64,000 nucleotides of DNA from positions 1,488,001 to 1,552,000 of the forward strand of contig NEEC01000008.1 of NCBI GenBank assembly GCA_002189035.1. Direction: 5' to 3'. Origin of the DNA: Utricularia gibba. Lineage: Eukaryota > Plantae > Magnoliophyta. The position numbers and the translations under genes are program-made. Under the pieces are notes generated by a model, which worked only from the letters and a program-made list of their open reading frames with translations, searched no databases and was not told the DNA's origin. This document shows, piece by piece, positions 13,023-27,377 of the stretch; within the stretch, counting starts at the first letter, position 1; each line of letters opens with the position of its first letter.

Positions 13023-13940
13023 TCCTCCACTCTTTCAACACTCAATACAACGGAACGAGAATTTTCTCAGAGCTTGCGGTGGTCAAAGTTGTAACCCTTC
13101 GTGCAGTTTGAGATTATTTCCACGTTCAAGACATTCAATGCAATAGAATAAACGATTCATGTCCTTTTTTGTTTGTTTTCGGGAAGAGGTTGTCTTTTTC
13201 TAACACTTTCAAGTTTGGAAAAATGATAAACTACAAATCCAGGCGATTTCAAATCATGGGATTCAAGACTTTACAGTTTAATTTAATTCATGATTAAATT
13301 TGAAAATAAGTTTAAAAATTATTGAATTAGATTCGATCCATTATAAAAAAATAATTTTAATTTGTTTTGTAAAAACAAACCCAAGTGAGATCTTTGGGCT
13401 TGACCATGGTTTGGTTAGGCCTTAGGAAGGGTGGACTGGATGCAAAGACCCAACATTGACCACGTTAGAGGAACGACCACGTGTGTCTTGTGGAGTCCAC
13501 GATGGAAACGGTTAGCCCATTTTGTTTCCATTTATAACCAAAATGAAGATAAGATATTTTCCTGAAAAAATCATTCCTTTTTTGAAAAGGAATTTCCTTT
13601 CTAAATGTGGTTGATTCGATTCCTTTTTTTTTTTGTTTTTAAGTTGTGAAATTTCACTATTTTTTTTTATAAAAAATCCAAAAACTGACTCATGAAAATT
13701 CGATAACATTCTTTATGATTGCTAAGGGTTATTTGATAATAGAGTATAAAATATGTATATCTCAACTTATACATATATCATTATTTGATTTATTAGTATA
13801 TATATAATAATATTATATAATTATATCAATAATATACTCATTTTTTAAGTATATAAATGATATATACAAATTAAGGGAATGTCTAATTATATGAATATAA
13901 CTCATATATTCAAAATTCTATTTTACGTATATCAAACATT

Positions 13941-13961
13941 ATATATATATATATATATATA
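13941..13961 (+). repeat. (AT)10 microsatellite
   Basis: Read directly. Confidence 0.85.
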
Positions 13962-14566
13962 CTTAATTACATTATATTTAAATATACTAATATTTTTCTA
14001 TCAAACGATATTGTAGTTGAATCCCTAACTAAAGAGCTTATTTCCTATCTCTTCCGTTTAGTCATGATCTTGAAACCTTAAACTGGTACTTAACTAAATA
14101 GTTCCAACATGCCTTACCACATTCCGACCAATCTTTAATGGTTGACATCTCGAAATTGTAAAGTCTTCAATTGATCCATCCATCCTTCATCCATCTCTAA
14201 ATTTCATTGAAAATAATGTGTTGGGCTTGTTTTTGGGAATCAAGATCATAGTAATGAATAATTCAATATAGACATATTCAAGTTTGATTACTATTAGGGT
14301 CTTGAAAACAGCCTCATATTTCATGTTAGAAGTAAGAATCATTTTGAAATTTTTACTGTTTTTGAAGAATAAATCATTTTTGATAAATTATATATGATAG
14401 TAGAAGTAAATTCCAAATAGACCCTGGGTCGTGGCTGCAAGAAAAAAGGTTAATATAGTCTTTTTCCAACATATGCAGAGCATCCACGTCACATATAAAC
14501 ATGTATAAATACTGTATTTGATAGATTGCAATTTGCAGGCTGCCGAGTGGTATGCTGATCTTCCAT

Positions 14567-16741
14567 TCAAAACGCCTCAAAATCCCTACTCGTCAACTGC
14601 CTCATGGTCACATTCGGCAGATTCTCCTTGTGCCTGAGCTCCAATGTCAGGGAAACTTCTCCGGCGGCTCGAGTTATGCCTCCTCCGCCGCCGATCTGCC
14701 CCGCAGGAGCGAAAAAGGCCGGGATTTCGCCGAACGATGGAGGGGGCTCCTGATGGCCGATGTCGATGACTGCGGTGGGGTCGCTTTCTGTTCCATTGAT
14801 GTTTGAAGAATGGGTAGGTGGATTTGGTGCGGTAGCCTCGTGAATGTCCCCGGCCGCTGCTTCGTGGTGTACTTCTTGCAACTCGCGCTGGTACATTTCT
14901 TCCACCATTGGCTTCCATAGTCGAACCCTTGCATTTATGAACCAATTTGATACCTGGGACAGGGGATTTATGGTTATTCAAGGAGTAGGTAGGCATTCAA
15001 TTTCATTCTATTGTGCAACCAATGACATTCTGCTCATTCACCATTCAATGTGCACCATGTAATCTTCATGAAGAATGGGAGATTGAAGTTCATATGTTTT
15101 TTTGGATGGCATCTTCATAAGTACCTGATTCTTGGATAAACCAGTCTGCCTTGACAGCAGATGCTTGTCAGCTTCAGTTGGATACCTGTTTCCCACATCC
15201 AATGAAATTCATCATATCTATTCACATTTCTATGGGGTGAAAGTTTCAGGGACGTACGGATGTAGGAAGTGCTCGAACAGCCATGATCGGAGAATGTTGA
15301 CGCTGCGCTCCGGTAGGCCGCGTTGGGGGCGCCACGATTCTGGATCGAGGACTCCCATTTGTTGAATCGATTTCTGCTGACGGTATCTCTGTTCCAGCAT
15401 CTTGAGCCGTGGTGTCTCACCCTTCGTTAGGCCCCTGCTGCCTGCGACGTCTTTCTCACCGAGGAGTAGGCAGGCCGATTTCAGCTCGTTCGAGATGGCA
15501 TCCTTCATGCACCGGAAGTGCCGTGACATTGCCTTCTGCGCCAGCTCGGTGTACGGCGCCGCCGCGCCCCTGCCCACAACGCAATCGAACCAGTTCACCA
15601 GTGCTTGCATTTGCTCGCAGTACCTCATGTACCTCTCTTCAACCTTATCAGACAACACAGCATTTTTCTGAGATTCTTTTGCAGTAACGACGATACTTCT
15701 AGTAGCTACCAAAAGAATGTATTAATGAAACAGTAACAAGCCGCCATACACATGCTAAACAAAGCTTCTACCTGTCTGAGAACTAAAGGTAAAGATACTT
15801 AGCTTAAAATCAGGCGTCAGCGTTAATCAGAACTTAATCATACTCTGAAATCATGCACAGGAATAATAAAGGAGATGCATACCTCATCAAACATGGATAA
15901 AAGTTTGATTTTTCTCCTCTGATACTCAGTCCTCTCAGAAGGCCACAGCGAGTGGCGGTCCTTTAACGGCGGCGGCGTCGAAGAGGCGGGGGCGCCGGAA
16001 GGTTGATTAGGGTTTTTGTCATGGCTATCGAACTTGGATCTCTTGAACTGAACTCTCCCAACGCTACAGATCTCTAGAAGAAGCTCTTGTGCAGGTCTCA
16101 GGTAACGTGAACTCCTCAGAAAACTTGTGAAAGCATAATTTGAAACCCCCAATCCATGGCTTCTGTGGTATAGCTCGTTATGTCCGACGTTTATTCTGTG
16201 CAGCTTATTAGCCTCGATGCTTCGTAAAGACGAAGAGAGGGACAAAGAAAGCCCTTGAGTTTCCATAATCCTGCCGGCCCTCAATCCATCCTCGCCGCTG
16301 ATCCAGCCGAACTGCGAGGCGCCGGCGATGCTCGAAGGCGAATATGGTCCTCCGTTCAGGTGGTGGCCTTGAAGCTGAGGGTCTGCTGAAGTCTGAACCA
16401 GCTGATGAAAGTAAAGAAGGAAAGAAAAAAGAATCCTTCATAAAAAAATGAAGTTCTCAACTCATCAATAAAACAAAAAGAGAGAGAAAAATACTCCATG
16501 AAAATTTTCTGCAATCCCCTTATTCAGATTCTCCGATTCTCACCTCTACTGCAGCGCCATTTACTGCCGCTGACAGTTGCTGTTTTTGCGACCAAATGAA
16601 ACTGGACTGGATCTGATGATCCCCGACCACCATACTTTGCGGCGGAGCAACGAACTCCGCCGCCGCCGCCGCATCCCCAAATCCCCATGTCGGCAAATCC
16701 AATTCCTGCTCTTTCACCATCCACTCCACCTGCTTATTCAT
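14567..16741 (-). CDS. BEL1-like homeodomain protein (BLH2/BLH4 clade); start codon uncertain
   Basis: [11 protein letters not shown] box [18 protein letters not shown] domain [12 protein letters not shown]|[13 protein letters not shown], homeodomain [26 protein letters not shown]|[20 protein letters not shown]|[28 protein letters not shown]. Confidence 0.9.
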
Positions 16742-19700
16742 CTCCCAACCAATACAAATGAAAGGCGGCTTTCCTCGCCTCACTATCAACACGTTGAGAA
16801 AAGCTGGGTTTTTACAGATAGGGAGTAAATCAGAAAGACAAGACGATCATTTTTTTGCTGCGTGTGGATGGAGTACGGCGTCATGGAATCTAGGAGGACG
16901 GGGTTCTCTGAATCAGACAAAGTAGAAAAAGATGACGAAAAATAAAAACAAAGGATTCAAAGCTTACCCTCCTGCCCTTCACGCCCACCCCTCACTTTCA
17001 TCAGCTTTTACTTTATAATATAAACAGATAACATATACTTCCAGTATTTATAGTCATCTTTTCTTCACATTATTTAATATCCCAAAAAATATCATTATTT
17101 AATGCCTTAAATAAACATTACAAAGTCTGTCCAATTTCCTTGAATTTTTGGACAATATTTATGAATCTTTCCAATTTTCTTGAATTTCAAGCATTTATTT
17201 ATCTATTTTTTGATGCTGCATTTAAAAACCATGATTCTTTTAGAATTTTAAAATATTTTTGAAATTCCATTTGGAGGTCATAAATCACGGCGTCTCTGTC
17301 GGAGACATTCACCATGATCTCGGCGATGGTGCTGCGCGGTGCTGCTCTTCGCCTGGAAATCTGTCGGCAAGCTTGGAGTGGAGCTCGCCAACATGGGGAA
17401 AAATGATTTATTTGCAGCGATGAACCCACGAAAGGAACCCAGAATGCATGAATCCCCGACAATGCATTAAGATGCAGATTCTAGATACCTAGGGTTTGCA
17501 TTGGTTTCATATGATTTGGGCGTGGCGGGCAACCAGCATGCCGTCGAGTCTTCTGCTCACATAGGCTAGATGTTATGATACCAACTAGGGGAGCTTAGAC
17601 CTGAATTTCCGACTAGGGGAGCTTTCTAGGGCGCAGAATTTCATATGCAATTGGGAGGTAGGATGATCGAACGCCTACCTACATGCATGTGAGGAGGCGC
17701 AGTCTAACTAATAGTTCTGTAACTTTGATCGAAGGGATGGATGCATTCATTTGTATGTGTCTTGCAAGGAAGCAGCCACTGGTTTGTTTATGAGGAGAGT
17801 ATCAGAAAATAGGCTCGTGGGGTTTTCGGAAAGTGCTGTCATGATGATGTGATTAGGATTAGGATTCCAGGCGCGCAGAAAACAAGATTGCACAGGCGGG
17901 AGGAGGAGGAGGAAGAAGAAGAAGACGGAAAAAGCAAAGTATGGGTAGCTTTCTGGCAAAAGTGCGGACGATGTCGATGGATCCGCACCCAAAAAAGCTC
18001 TGCTTTTACCATTCTGCTCATTTTTCTTGTAGCCTTCATTGATTCAATTCTTCATCCCCCGAAGACAGAGACCCGGGAAAATTCGTTACTTAACTATCAC
18101 CACATTGAATACACGAATCAGGGTCCCGAATCCTCCCCCTCCCGTGGCTACCATCAGCCTCGCCACAGCCACATCATGTTGGCGACTTTTGGATACAGGA
18201 AACTGGTGTACCCACCCACCCCCTCCTGCTGCATATGATTCGGATACCGTAGAGAGAAAAAATAAGGGCACTAAGGGATGAAACTCTCGAGCATGGACAC
18301 ACAGAAGAATGTCTCCCTTATCCCCAACCTACACAGGATGGAACACTTGGCATGCAGATAGGCAACAAATTCCAGAACCCCATGGACTGTAGCATTACTC
18401 CAAGCCAGCTTCCCCTTCATTCTCCCGACTGGTTCTTCTCCACTTTGGGAGAGTCCCCTTTATCGGCTAATCCATAAGATAGGGAGGATTTTCTGATGGT
18501 GATTATTAGAACAATCAATCCTATATCGGATCCTGAATTTCAATAGTAATTAAGTGCAAGATGCAAGGACCAAGTTCAGAGAGAAGAACATGAAAATTTT
18601 CTGAGATTAAAAATAAATTCAGGGTTTTCTTTTGGTATTAGGTATATGCATTAAGATTGCCTTTGATGCTGATTTTCAAAATAAAAAGTCAATAAATGAT
18701 TCTAATAAGTGATATTTTGTTAGATATTTCTTCTTGAAAATCACTTTTCTGAAAGTGAATTTGAAAATCTTGAAATTCACATTTTGCAATGTTTTAAAAA
18801 TAAGAGGTGTTTTCAAATTTTTAAATTTTTTGAACAAAAGTTGTTTATATTTAGTAAAAAAAAATTAATTTTAAATTACTTTTTCAAAAACAAAAACTGT
18901 TTCAAATAAAGTTTGAATATGTGTAGCTTTTTAAAAATAATAAGTACTTTTTAAAGCAAAAGTAACTCTTATTTATTAACAAAATTGATTGTGCATCAAT
19001 TTTTTTACAAATAACACAATCTAATATTATCTGCCATCTTTTGAGCACCAATACTTCATAGAATGACCGAATTTTTATAAACTAATGTGATCTGTTTGAA
19101 ACGAACTTCGAAATGGTATAATATGAACACACCATGAATCTTTAATTGATAATATCTACCAAGGGACCATTCAAATGTTGGTGTAGGCACGGAATAAAGG
19201 TGGGGATGAATTGACTGCAAAATTAATTTAATTTAATTTAATTTTAATAGAGGCAGTCAAAGGTGAGGGGAAAATGTCTGAATGCGGAGGGGGAAAAAAA
19301 AGAAATCAAAAGGGGGACCAGGGGAGGGAAAATAAAAGGACCAGAATCGTAAATGCCCAATAAGGCGGGGACCAACTAGCAAAAAGAAAGGAAGGAAGAA
19401 CGGGCAACCGGCAATGTGCCTGTGCGCCTGCCCATGCCCACAACCACCAACACTCTCTTTTTATTTTATTTTTTAAATTAAAGAGATAATTTCATGATTT
19501 TATTATATAACTATTATTTAAAATTTTGACATAACACGTGCCGACAAATGAGCTATTAAGGTGAATTATTAATTACTTTTAAATGAAGGAAATAAATAAT
19601 ACACGAGGGCAATTTATAGTAATTACACATGTGGGCCATTTTGTTGGCCTGTTTGGTATATGTATTTATAGGCGCAACTCAATTAAATGCACCTTTAAAC

Positions 19701-20570
19701 AAGTGTACTTATAATAAACATGTAATGCGAGTAATAACATTAATAAATGTTCGTTAATGGGCTTCGTATGAAAGGCCGGCCCGTTACTACCAGACCCATA
19801 TACTTCTATAATTGAGCCCACCCAACTTGTAGATAAATTTATTTTAATTAATAATATATCTAAATTATTTATAACTAGATATATATATACGTAAGGTCAT
19901 GTCTGACAAGGGGTGACATCAACAATTTAGGTGAATCCACATAAGAAAAAAAAAGAATGAATAAAGTAGAATAATTATGCAAAATTTATATGCATTTTTT
20001 TCGAGATAGTTTTCTTAATAATAATTTCAAAGTTTAAGTGTATGGGTAATAATTTTGGGTGATCATTTAGAAAGTTGTTAGCATCCAAAGATAAAGAAAT
20101 ATACAAATATGAGGATAATATTAAATAATATCTTTCGAATGATGATGATATATTATTTTATTAGAATAATATAATTAATAATTTATTTAAATAAAGATTT
20201 GATATATGATTAGAATGCAAAAAATATATTTTTGGTACATAATGTTTACAAATACGTCTTGAATGTAAAATTTTGTTACTCGGAAAAATAATTTTTAATA
20301 AAAAGTATACATAGCAATAATGGTGCTACTTTCATTATCACGACACCGTACTAGAAAACCCTTTGAAAACTGAGACATGATAAGATTTGGATTAGATATG
20401 GACAGTGGATATACATACATACGTAGCATGCTACAGACAAGGGTTCAAGGATTGGATCATGGACATGGTGGTGGTCGGAAATAGCTAACATCACCATGGG
20501 CGAAAGCCTAAGGATGAAGAGGAAGAACTTGAGGGCAGCAATAAGGGCTTCCCCTTTCTGTTCTTCTGGT

Positions 20571-21721
20571 TCATTTGTTGGGGAGGTTCTTCAATCTCTT
20601 CGCCGCCTGAACGAATCCGCTGATCACCTGCAGTTCATCTACTTGCTGCGAGAAACAGAGTGTGAATTTCAATCGGGCAATCTACTGTTGAAACGAAGTA
20701 TGCGAACGAACCTGTGAAATGAAATGCCTTTGGACAACATCGATCAGCTGCTCCCTCGATGGATTCGGCACTGCATCCGCCTGAAAAGTAGCATAAGAAG
20801 GAGGTGATCACTGAGAAATTAATGGATTCAGGGTACCCCAGGTTCCAGATTGTGGAGAAATTCAACATTTTTCAGAAGAAGAAGACTCACAAGGTTAAAG
20901 TGTAGCAAGTATTTCCACAGTGCATCCATTTCAAGTTTCCCGAGGTCTACCTTCTGGGTGTGAGGAGTCAATGGGCGGCATCAATGATCAAGAAAAGAAG
21001 TAAAGCATAAACAACCACGGGATAAAGCGAATTATTATACCATAGAAGCTTTTAGGTGGTCTTTGGATGGCAAGTCGCCGGAGAGGGGCCGGCGGTGAGT
21101 TTTCCTACATGTTTCAAGGGGCTTTTGCAGACGAATCTTTTGTTTTGGCAGCCTTTCACCGTGTTCAAAAGCTGGTAAAAGACAATGGGAATTAATAAAC
21201 CTGCTGCATTTTCTAAATGGGGGTTCTACAAAAGGAATCCTATGTGAGGATCAATTGAACAAAAAGAAGAAAGGAAACAAACCCAGATTAGAGCCATCGC
21301 ATTGGGCTTCTTCATAATCAAGATCGCGATCTTCCTCATTCCCACTCGGAGCTTCAATCACAGTTAACGCATTCCTCTGTAGCTTCACCTCGATTCCATT
21401 CGTTAAAACCTACTACCATGAAACGATCGGATTGAAAATCAGCAAATGAAAATCTGGGTTCTCACAAACACCCCCAAATTTTCAGCTTCGAACTTACCAG
21501 CCAATGCCATCCCCGAGACCCACTGCCTTCTTCACAACACCACGAACACCCACAAGAACAGATTTGGTCCTGTTGTTTCCGGTGACAACAACCTTAGTAT
21601 TCCGAGGCAGCACCGCGAGCTCCTCCTCACTGCTATCGCCGCCGCAGGAATTCAAGTGTGAGGAGCTTGGATGCGGAAACTCCCCACCGAAATTGCTGCA
21701 ATCCGAGGGCGTTTCGAGCAT
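20571..21721 (-). CDS. AFR1: SAP30 function-related histone deacetylase complex subunit (AFR1/AFR2-like), 6 exons, apparent -1 frameshift at run 21511-21514
   Basis: SSEEELAVLPRNTKVVVTGNNRTKSVLVGVRGVVKKAVGLG(G)WHWL|VLTNGIEVKLQRNAL; KVDLGKLEMDALWKYLLHFNL|ADAVPNPSREQLIDVVQRHFISQ|QVDELQVISGFVQAAKRLK...*. Confidence 0.9.
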
Positions 21722-23273
21722 TTCGAGATCAGGAAACCAAAGCAATGGGAGGATCGGGAAGCCGCAGTTGCTGAGATTGGAGAGATTGCGCGAGCTCTGA
21801 TGGCGGGAAGTGGAGAGAAATGGGGGAGAGGAAACTGGAGAGCGCGAGGATGAGAGTGACGGGTGAAGTGTGTTTTCCAGTTGATTCAATTTTGAAATTT
21901 ATCGACTGGCCGACGACGCCAATCCCGACGAGAGAGAAGTGGAAGAATCAGAGACCGCCACGTGGCAGATGGGCTAACATCGAGCTGGCTAAGGAATTTA
22001 GGGTCTGACATGACCCCCTCATGGATTGACCGTTGGACTTCTTGTCCAAAGACGAGAATACCCCTGGTCACCTTACGCCCTCTTGTTCTAAAGGATCAGC
22101 CATGGTGCCCGAGTGGGCAGGGGATACGAGGAGGGTGTGATGGTAAAATGACGGAAGCCGGGATGAGGCAAGCAGCAATAAATGTCCAGAGAATAGACAG
22201 CATTTATTACAAGGACGGTCTGTGGGTCCCACCGCCCCCTTTCTTTTCTTTTCCTACAAGTCGTGGATCCAGACCCCTCCCCTGCACGATTAGCGGGTCG
22301 GGTTGTCTCTTCCTCGAATGCTACATTTGTTTTCTGCTTTTATCATTATTATTTTTATCGTCAAAGCATTTTTAACGTTTTATCTTTAATAATTTATAAT
22401 TAAAATTATATTATAAATTGCCAACTCGGTTTCGTTGATGGAATTGTGAATATTTGACTTTTATTGGATTCGATGTGGGATAGAAGAACTTTCTTATTAT
22501 TATAAAAAAATACCCTAAGTTTTCATTAAATTTTATTACAAAATTATTATATTACAAAATCAATTATTGGTGACCAACATTTTCTAGAAGAACGACGAAT
22601 TGACGCTCTTTTCTCTACATCAGCAACTCCCTCCAGTCGCCTGCGCCGGCGCCGCATTCTGTAGAAGACTAATACTTTTTTCTGGGTAAAGCATGCTGGG
22701 ATTCGGAGGATCGGCGGCGCCGGCCGCGGCGATGATAAGATGCCAAAAACAACGCTTTTTCTGTCTTCTGTTCTTTTGTATTCATCAAACGGTTGTTCTG
22801 TTACACTGACTTTGTTTTCCACGAAGGCCCCTCTTAAGCGAGGCTGCAACCTCGAGATGGATACACCGTTTACTGTATCAGATGGCTGGCTGAAGTTACT
22901 ACCAGCCCAAACACATCATGGTACCACTTCTCCGACTTTCAGTAGATTGATAGTGCATCAGATGAGGGAAATGGTGAGGCATTCGACTTTGGGAATGTTG
23001 CTCTGTAGCTGTTGTGTTGTTATCCTTTCTTTGTTTCCCTCATGTTTTCGACCCTTTTCTTTCTAGTCTCTCTTGCATCACCGAGATACAGTTGGTGGAT
23101 TAACAACATTTTACTTGAATATGAAGGAATGTGGAAAGAATCAGCAAAAGGGGAGCACCAAAATCTTTACAAGACCATGGCTTCATGATCAAAATATCAA
23201 AGGAAACATAAAGGTTCAAGAAATGAATGGCATGACTGGGATCAAGGAACCCGGTGGCTGCGACTTTCCCAGC

Positions 23274-24209
23274 TCACCTTTCCTTCAATCTCTCCCTCAG
23301 AGATCCTGATTTCCTGAAATCCCATGGAGGCTTTGGTAGGCATCCCTTCAAGGGGTATCTGAGTAGCAACGAGGAGGTGGACAAGTGTTTCTCTCTCGCT
23401 GAGATGGAGGCAAGACGACTGAATCGACTCGTCAGTCTCCTCTTTTCTTCGTCATTGCATGTTTGGTACTTGCTGCCATTCTGTGCTGCAGTGATCTGAA
23501 GCGTTTTGGGAAGGACGCAGTTGAAGACGGAACCTAGAAGAGTTGCAGCGAAACCAACATGAAGAGTGATACTTGTTCTTCTATTCAAGTAAAGAATACA
23601 TAACTTTCGATGGAGGATATCCATGGAGTTTTACCTAACTTGGCAAGACGATTTACCCACTTGGGAATTCTTCTCCCAGTCAGCTTGAGGCATATGTCCC
23701 TGCAAAAATGGTTGCAGTTCTTGACAATCAAGTGGTAGGTATCACCATTGTAACTGGCAGACTGAAGCTCCATGAATTCCCGAACTTGAGCAGCGTTCAT
23801 GGATGTGGTTCCAACGAATATTGATTTTCGAAATCGAAATCCAGGACACTGACGAGGTTCAACTTCAAAGACACCACTGGAAGGAAAATCATGAGCACCA
23901 AATGCATATTCCACTCCATGAACTGTCCAAAGCATGACTGTCTGATCAGGCATAATAATCCAAACAAGCTCAGAAAGTTGAAGAAGATGAATGATTACCT
24001 TCAACACCAGAGTGAAAAACACCAAGACCTGCCCAATAAAGATACCGGTTCACGGGAGTCAAGTCGTATACGTTGAGATACACAGGAGTGCTTTTGGAAC
24101 CACAACTATCTGTTTTCACTTTGGAGAACAAACAGAACCGCTCGGCTGATTTTTCAGACAAGCCATGGGGGATCACAGACTTCCACCCTTTCTTTTGTCC
24201 TAATTCCAT
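23274..24209 (-). CDS. PPPDE/DeSI-like thiol peptidase (deSUMOylase/deubiquitinase family), 3 coding exons
   Basis: PVYLNVYDLTP...GLGVFHSGVE|VHGVEYAFGAH...YNGDTYHLIVKNCNHFC (catalytic His and Cys), IPKWVNRLA. Confidence 0.92.
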
Positions 24210-25670
24210 GCTGCTGCTCTTAGTTGCTAGTCGGCTCCAAGTATCACCTTATGCATCTGCATTAGAAAGAGGTGATCATTATAAACAAAAGCAGATACAA
24301 AGATGCTTCCAGGATAGAAACATAGAGGACGGGGAGAGATCTATCGAATCAAAGATCCCCATAGAAATAAAACAGATCAAAGGCAAGGAAAATTTGCTCC
24401 AAAAAGGAAACACCTTTCATTGACGATAAGGTGCAAAAAATGGAAGCCTACAGCAGTCATATTTCAGCATTCATAACCCCAATCAAACGCAGTTATTCAT
24501 CAAAATCTTCTACGCTGAAATTAGAACAAAACCCACAATCAGGAAAACAACAAAAGTAGTCAAGAAGCCAAGAAGATCAAAAGCATCTGAAAAGAAAGGT
24601 AATTACTGAAGATTTAAGTAGACATCAAGATTTAAGAGTGATGCGAGTGACGCCAGATCTTGTTCCGAAAAACAAAACAAACAAAAAAAAATCAGGACAC
24701 AACTCTGAATATTTCAACAACCAAGGGAATGAAAAAAACGCCAACGAGTTCCAGAAACTAGAAAAAACCAAAGAAACAACGGTGGGCATCTTTACAGATG
24801 AAAACTTCCAAATAAACTCATCATGAACGAACGAAAGCTCGAAAAAAAAAAAGAGAAAAAATGACAGATTTGAATGTGGTTAACATCACCGGATCCCAGC
24901 CTAGAGCTTCTTCCCACCCTTTTTTTTGTGGGCACTGGAGTGGGAAGAAGGTATTTCACTGTGGTGGGTCTGCGTAGGCGTACGACTAAGTTGCATCAGA
25001 GAGAGGAGGAAAGAGACCGCAGTTAATTAGCTCCATCACTCTAATCTTTACTGATCCCGAATCGCAGAAAAGAAACAAAATCAGCCGTAAAAGTTCTTCC
25101 TTTTTGGGCCTAAACAAACAGTTCGTTGTCCCAGGGATATTAATCTCAAAATTGAATGCCTGAACAAAGGCCCAGATGCTCGTCTCCATCGCTTCGTTCT
25201 TTCCGATCTCCCATTTGGACAATCTGAAGTTTCAAAGCCTTAAACTACCCAACGAAAAGCAACGGGTTTCTGCGTCGGTACGCTTGTGTAGGACATCCTT
25301 GGCTCAGTAGTAGGGCCTAAAGTCTCCACATTTTTTTTTTGTTTTCTCCCTCTCCGCTGTTTGGCCATTGAATTCGCTTACAAGGATTGTAGAAGTTACC
25401 TTCAATGAGATCAGTTCCCACAGTAAAATCTTAACACAATTTTCATTTACTGCTCGGGCTACTCTTGATGGCGAAGTTTCAACTTTCATTGCAACTGGTT
25501 TTCAGAACTCCCCATTTCTTATGTTATAACATACCATGGTAATACGTGCACCACAACTGCTAAAAAAAGGTGCTTTTGCGAGAGAACTTCAAGAACTATG
25601 ACGGCAAAAAAGTACGCTTCCTAAAGCATCAGAGTTACTCCTAAAAAATCTCATTCTACAAGAAAAAAAC

Positions 25671-27377
25671 CTATTTTTTCCGGTCAAACCGGCCGGTGGG
25701 GCTTCCCTCAGCTGTATCGACACCGGAAAAATCTCTTTCCCGAACGCCGATTCCGGCACCGATTGAGCCGAAGTACGCTGAATAGCCAACGCTAGAGGGT
25801 GCAGCATCGCCTCCAGGAACCAATCCCAGTCCCAGAAAATCAACAGTAGTGGGCTCGTTACTGAATAGGCCCAATGGGTTCATAATCAGTTCGCTAAGGC
25901 CTGTTGATGGGTTGGGCTGTATGCCCAGACCCGGCCCATAATGCATTAAATTGCTTTCCACCTTCCCGCCACTGTTCCAACAAGAACTTTGCAATGAAGA
26001 TGCGTTGTCTTTAGAGTTCGCCGGGAACGGCAACTCGAGGCCGAGGCCACGGAGGAAGGAGGAGCTAGAGGAGGTGGAGCCCATTTGGGCGGCTTTTTGG
26101 AGAAGCACGGTGGCTGAAAGAGCGGGTTCTGAGTTGGGTTGGTAATGTGGAGGATTTTGCGACGAAACGGAGAAAACTGACGGCGCTCTGCCGTACAAGG
26201 AGGAGGAGGAGGACAGGGAAAGGGTTTCGATTTCGACATTAGGAATATCGGAAGTATCCATTGAGCAGAGTATGTTGGAGTATTGCGGGAGTTGGGTGGT
26301 AGTTGTTGATGCAGCGAAGTTGTTTGTGAAAATTCCTGTTACGCCTGGGAATAAGTGGTGGTTACCGGAACTGTTCGCTGTGGCCGTTGTTGTTGTGGGG
26401 CCTATGGTTTCATGGGTGGGTTCCGGTATAACGGAAGTTGATGAAACCGTTGTTGGTTGTGGCCGTTGCGGCGGCGTATTCAAGATACCCAGGTTCTCCG
26501 GCATCTGGCCTCCTATAGGAGACAGCACTCCAGTTGAGGGAGTAGCCGGCGACGACGGGGTACTTGAAGTAGGAGGTCGAGAAGACGGCGGTGGAGACGG
26601 GTCAACATTCTTCTTATCTTCCCCTGACTTAGGAGCTGGCTGAGGCTTCGCCCTATTCTTCTCCTGAGCCAAAGCTTCGCAAAACGCCCTATGAGTAACA
26701 AAACTATCCCTCCTGTTGAAAAGCTGAATCAGTGAAAACAGTTGCAGGTTGATTTGAAATGATAAATGGGAAGAAGAAGAAGAAAGAGATATGTTTCAGT
26801 CACCTTGAATAGCTGGAGCCACAGGCGCAACGGTAGTCTCTGGTTCCACAAGTCTTCATATGAGCTTTCCAATCAGATTGAACAGCATACTTTTTGGTAC
26901 ATCGCTCGCATCTGTAAGTCTTCTCACCATGTTTCCGACAAAAATGTTTCTTGATTCCAGTGAGATCACCAAGAGCTCTAGAAGGCTCGTGATGGAGACA
27001 AGTGGGTTCAGGGCATACATAAACTCGCTTCTTCACCTCTTTGCCGGCTCTTTTCCGGAGTTTCCACGGCAGGTTGTGGCCCCTCCGGTGGAGCTGCAGA
27101 TTCTGGTCCCGTTGAAAGCCTTTGTTGCAGATCTCGCACACGAATCTGTTCGTCGATAGCAATGTCTTGGGTGACAATGCAATCACTTCTGCTTCAGGAT
27201 CTTCCACACACCAGAGAAACCATTCACACTTGCAACACAAAACTCAATGAGATTTTCTTTTTTCTTACCAGGCATCCCAGGGAGGTTGCGTTTCTTCTTC
27301 AGGGGAGGAATCTCTTTCTCTTTGGGTAGCTCTTGATCACTCGCAGACCCAAGTTGCGCAATGTCCATTCCAGCCAT
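25671..27377 (-). CDS. INDETERMINATE-domain C2H2 zinc-finger protein (IDD1/IDD2-like), 3 exons
   Basis: KKKRNLPGMP|DPEAEVIALSPKTLLSTNRFVCEICNKGFQRDQNLQLHRRGHNLPWKL...CGSSYSR|RDSFVTHRAFC; C-terminal LSATVLLQKAAQMG and PTTVDFLGLG. Confidence 0.95.

Noticed and set aside
17570-17630. TGATACCA (reverse PBS-like) with nearby ACTAGGGG repeats
   Set aside because: Only 8 nt match the tRNA-iMet PBS; no LTR terminus or retroelement ORF
22600-22745. GC-rich patch with a frame ending ...QATGGSC* (prenylation-like) and an Arg-rich ORF
   Set aside because: No upstream homology or start context; cannot assign a family
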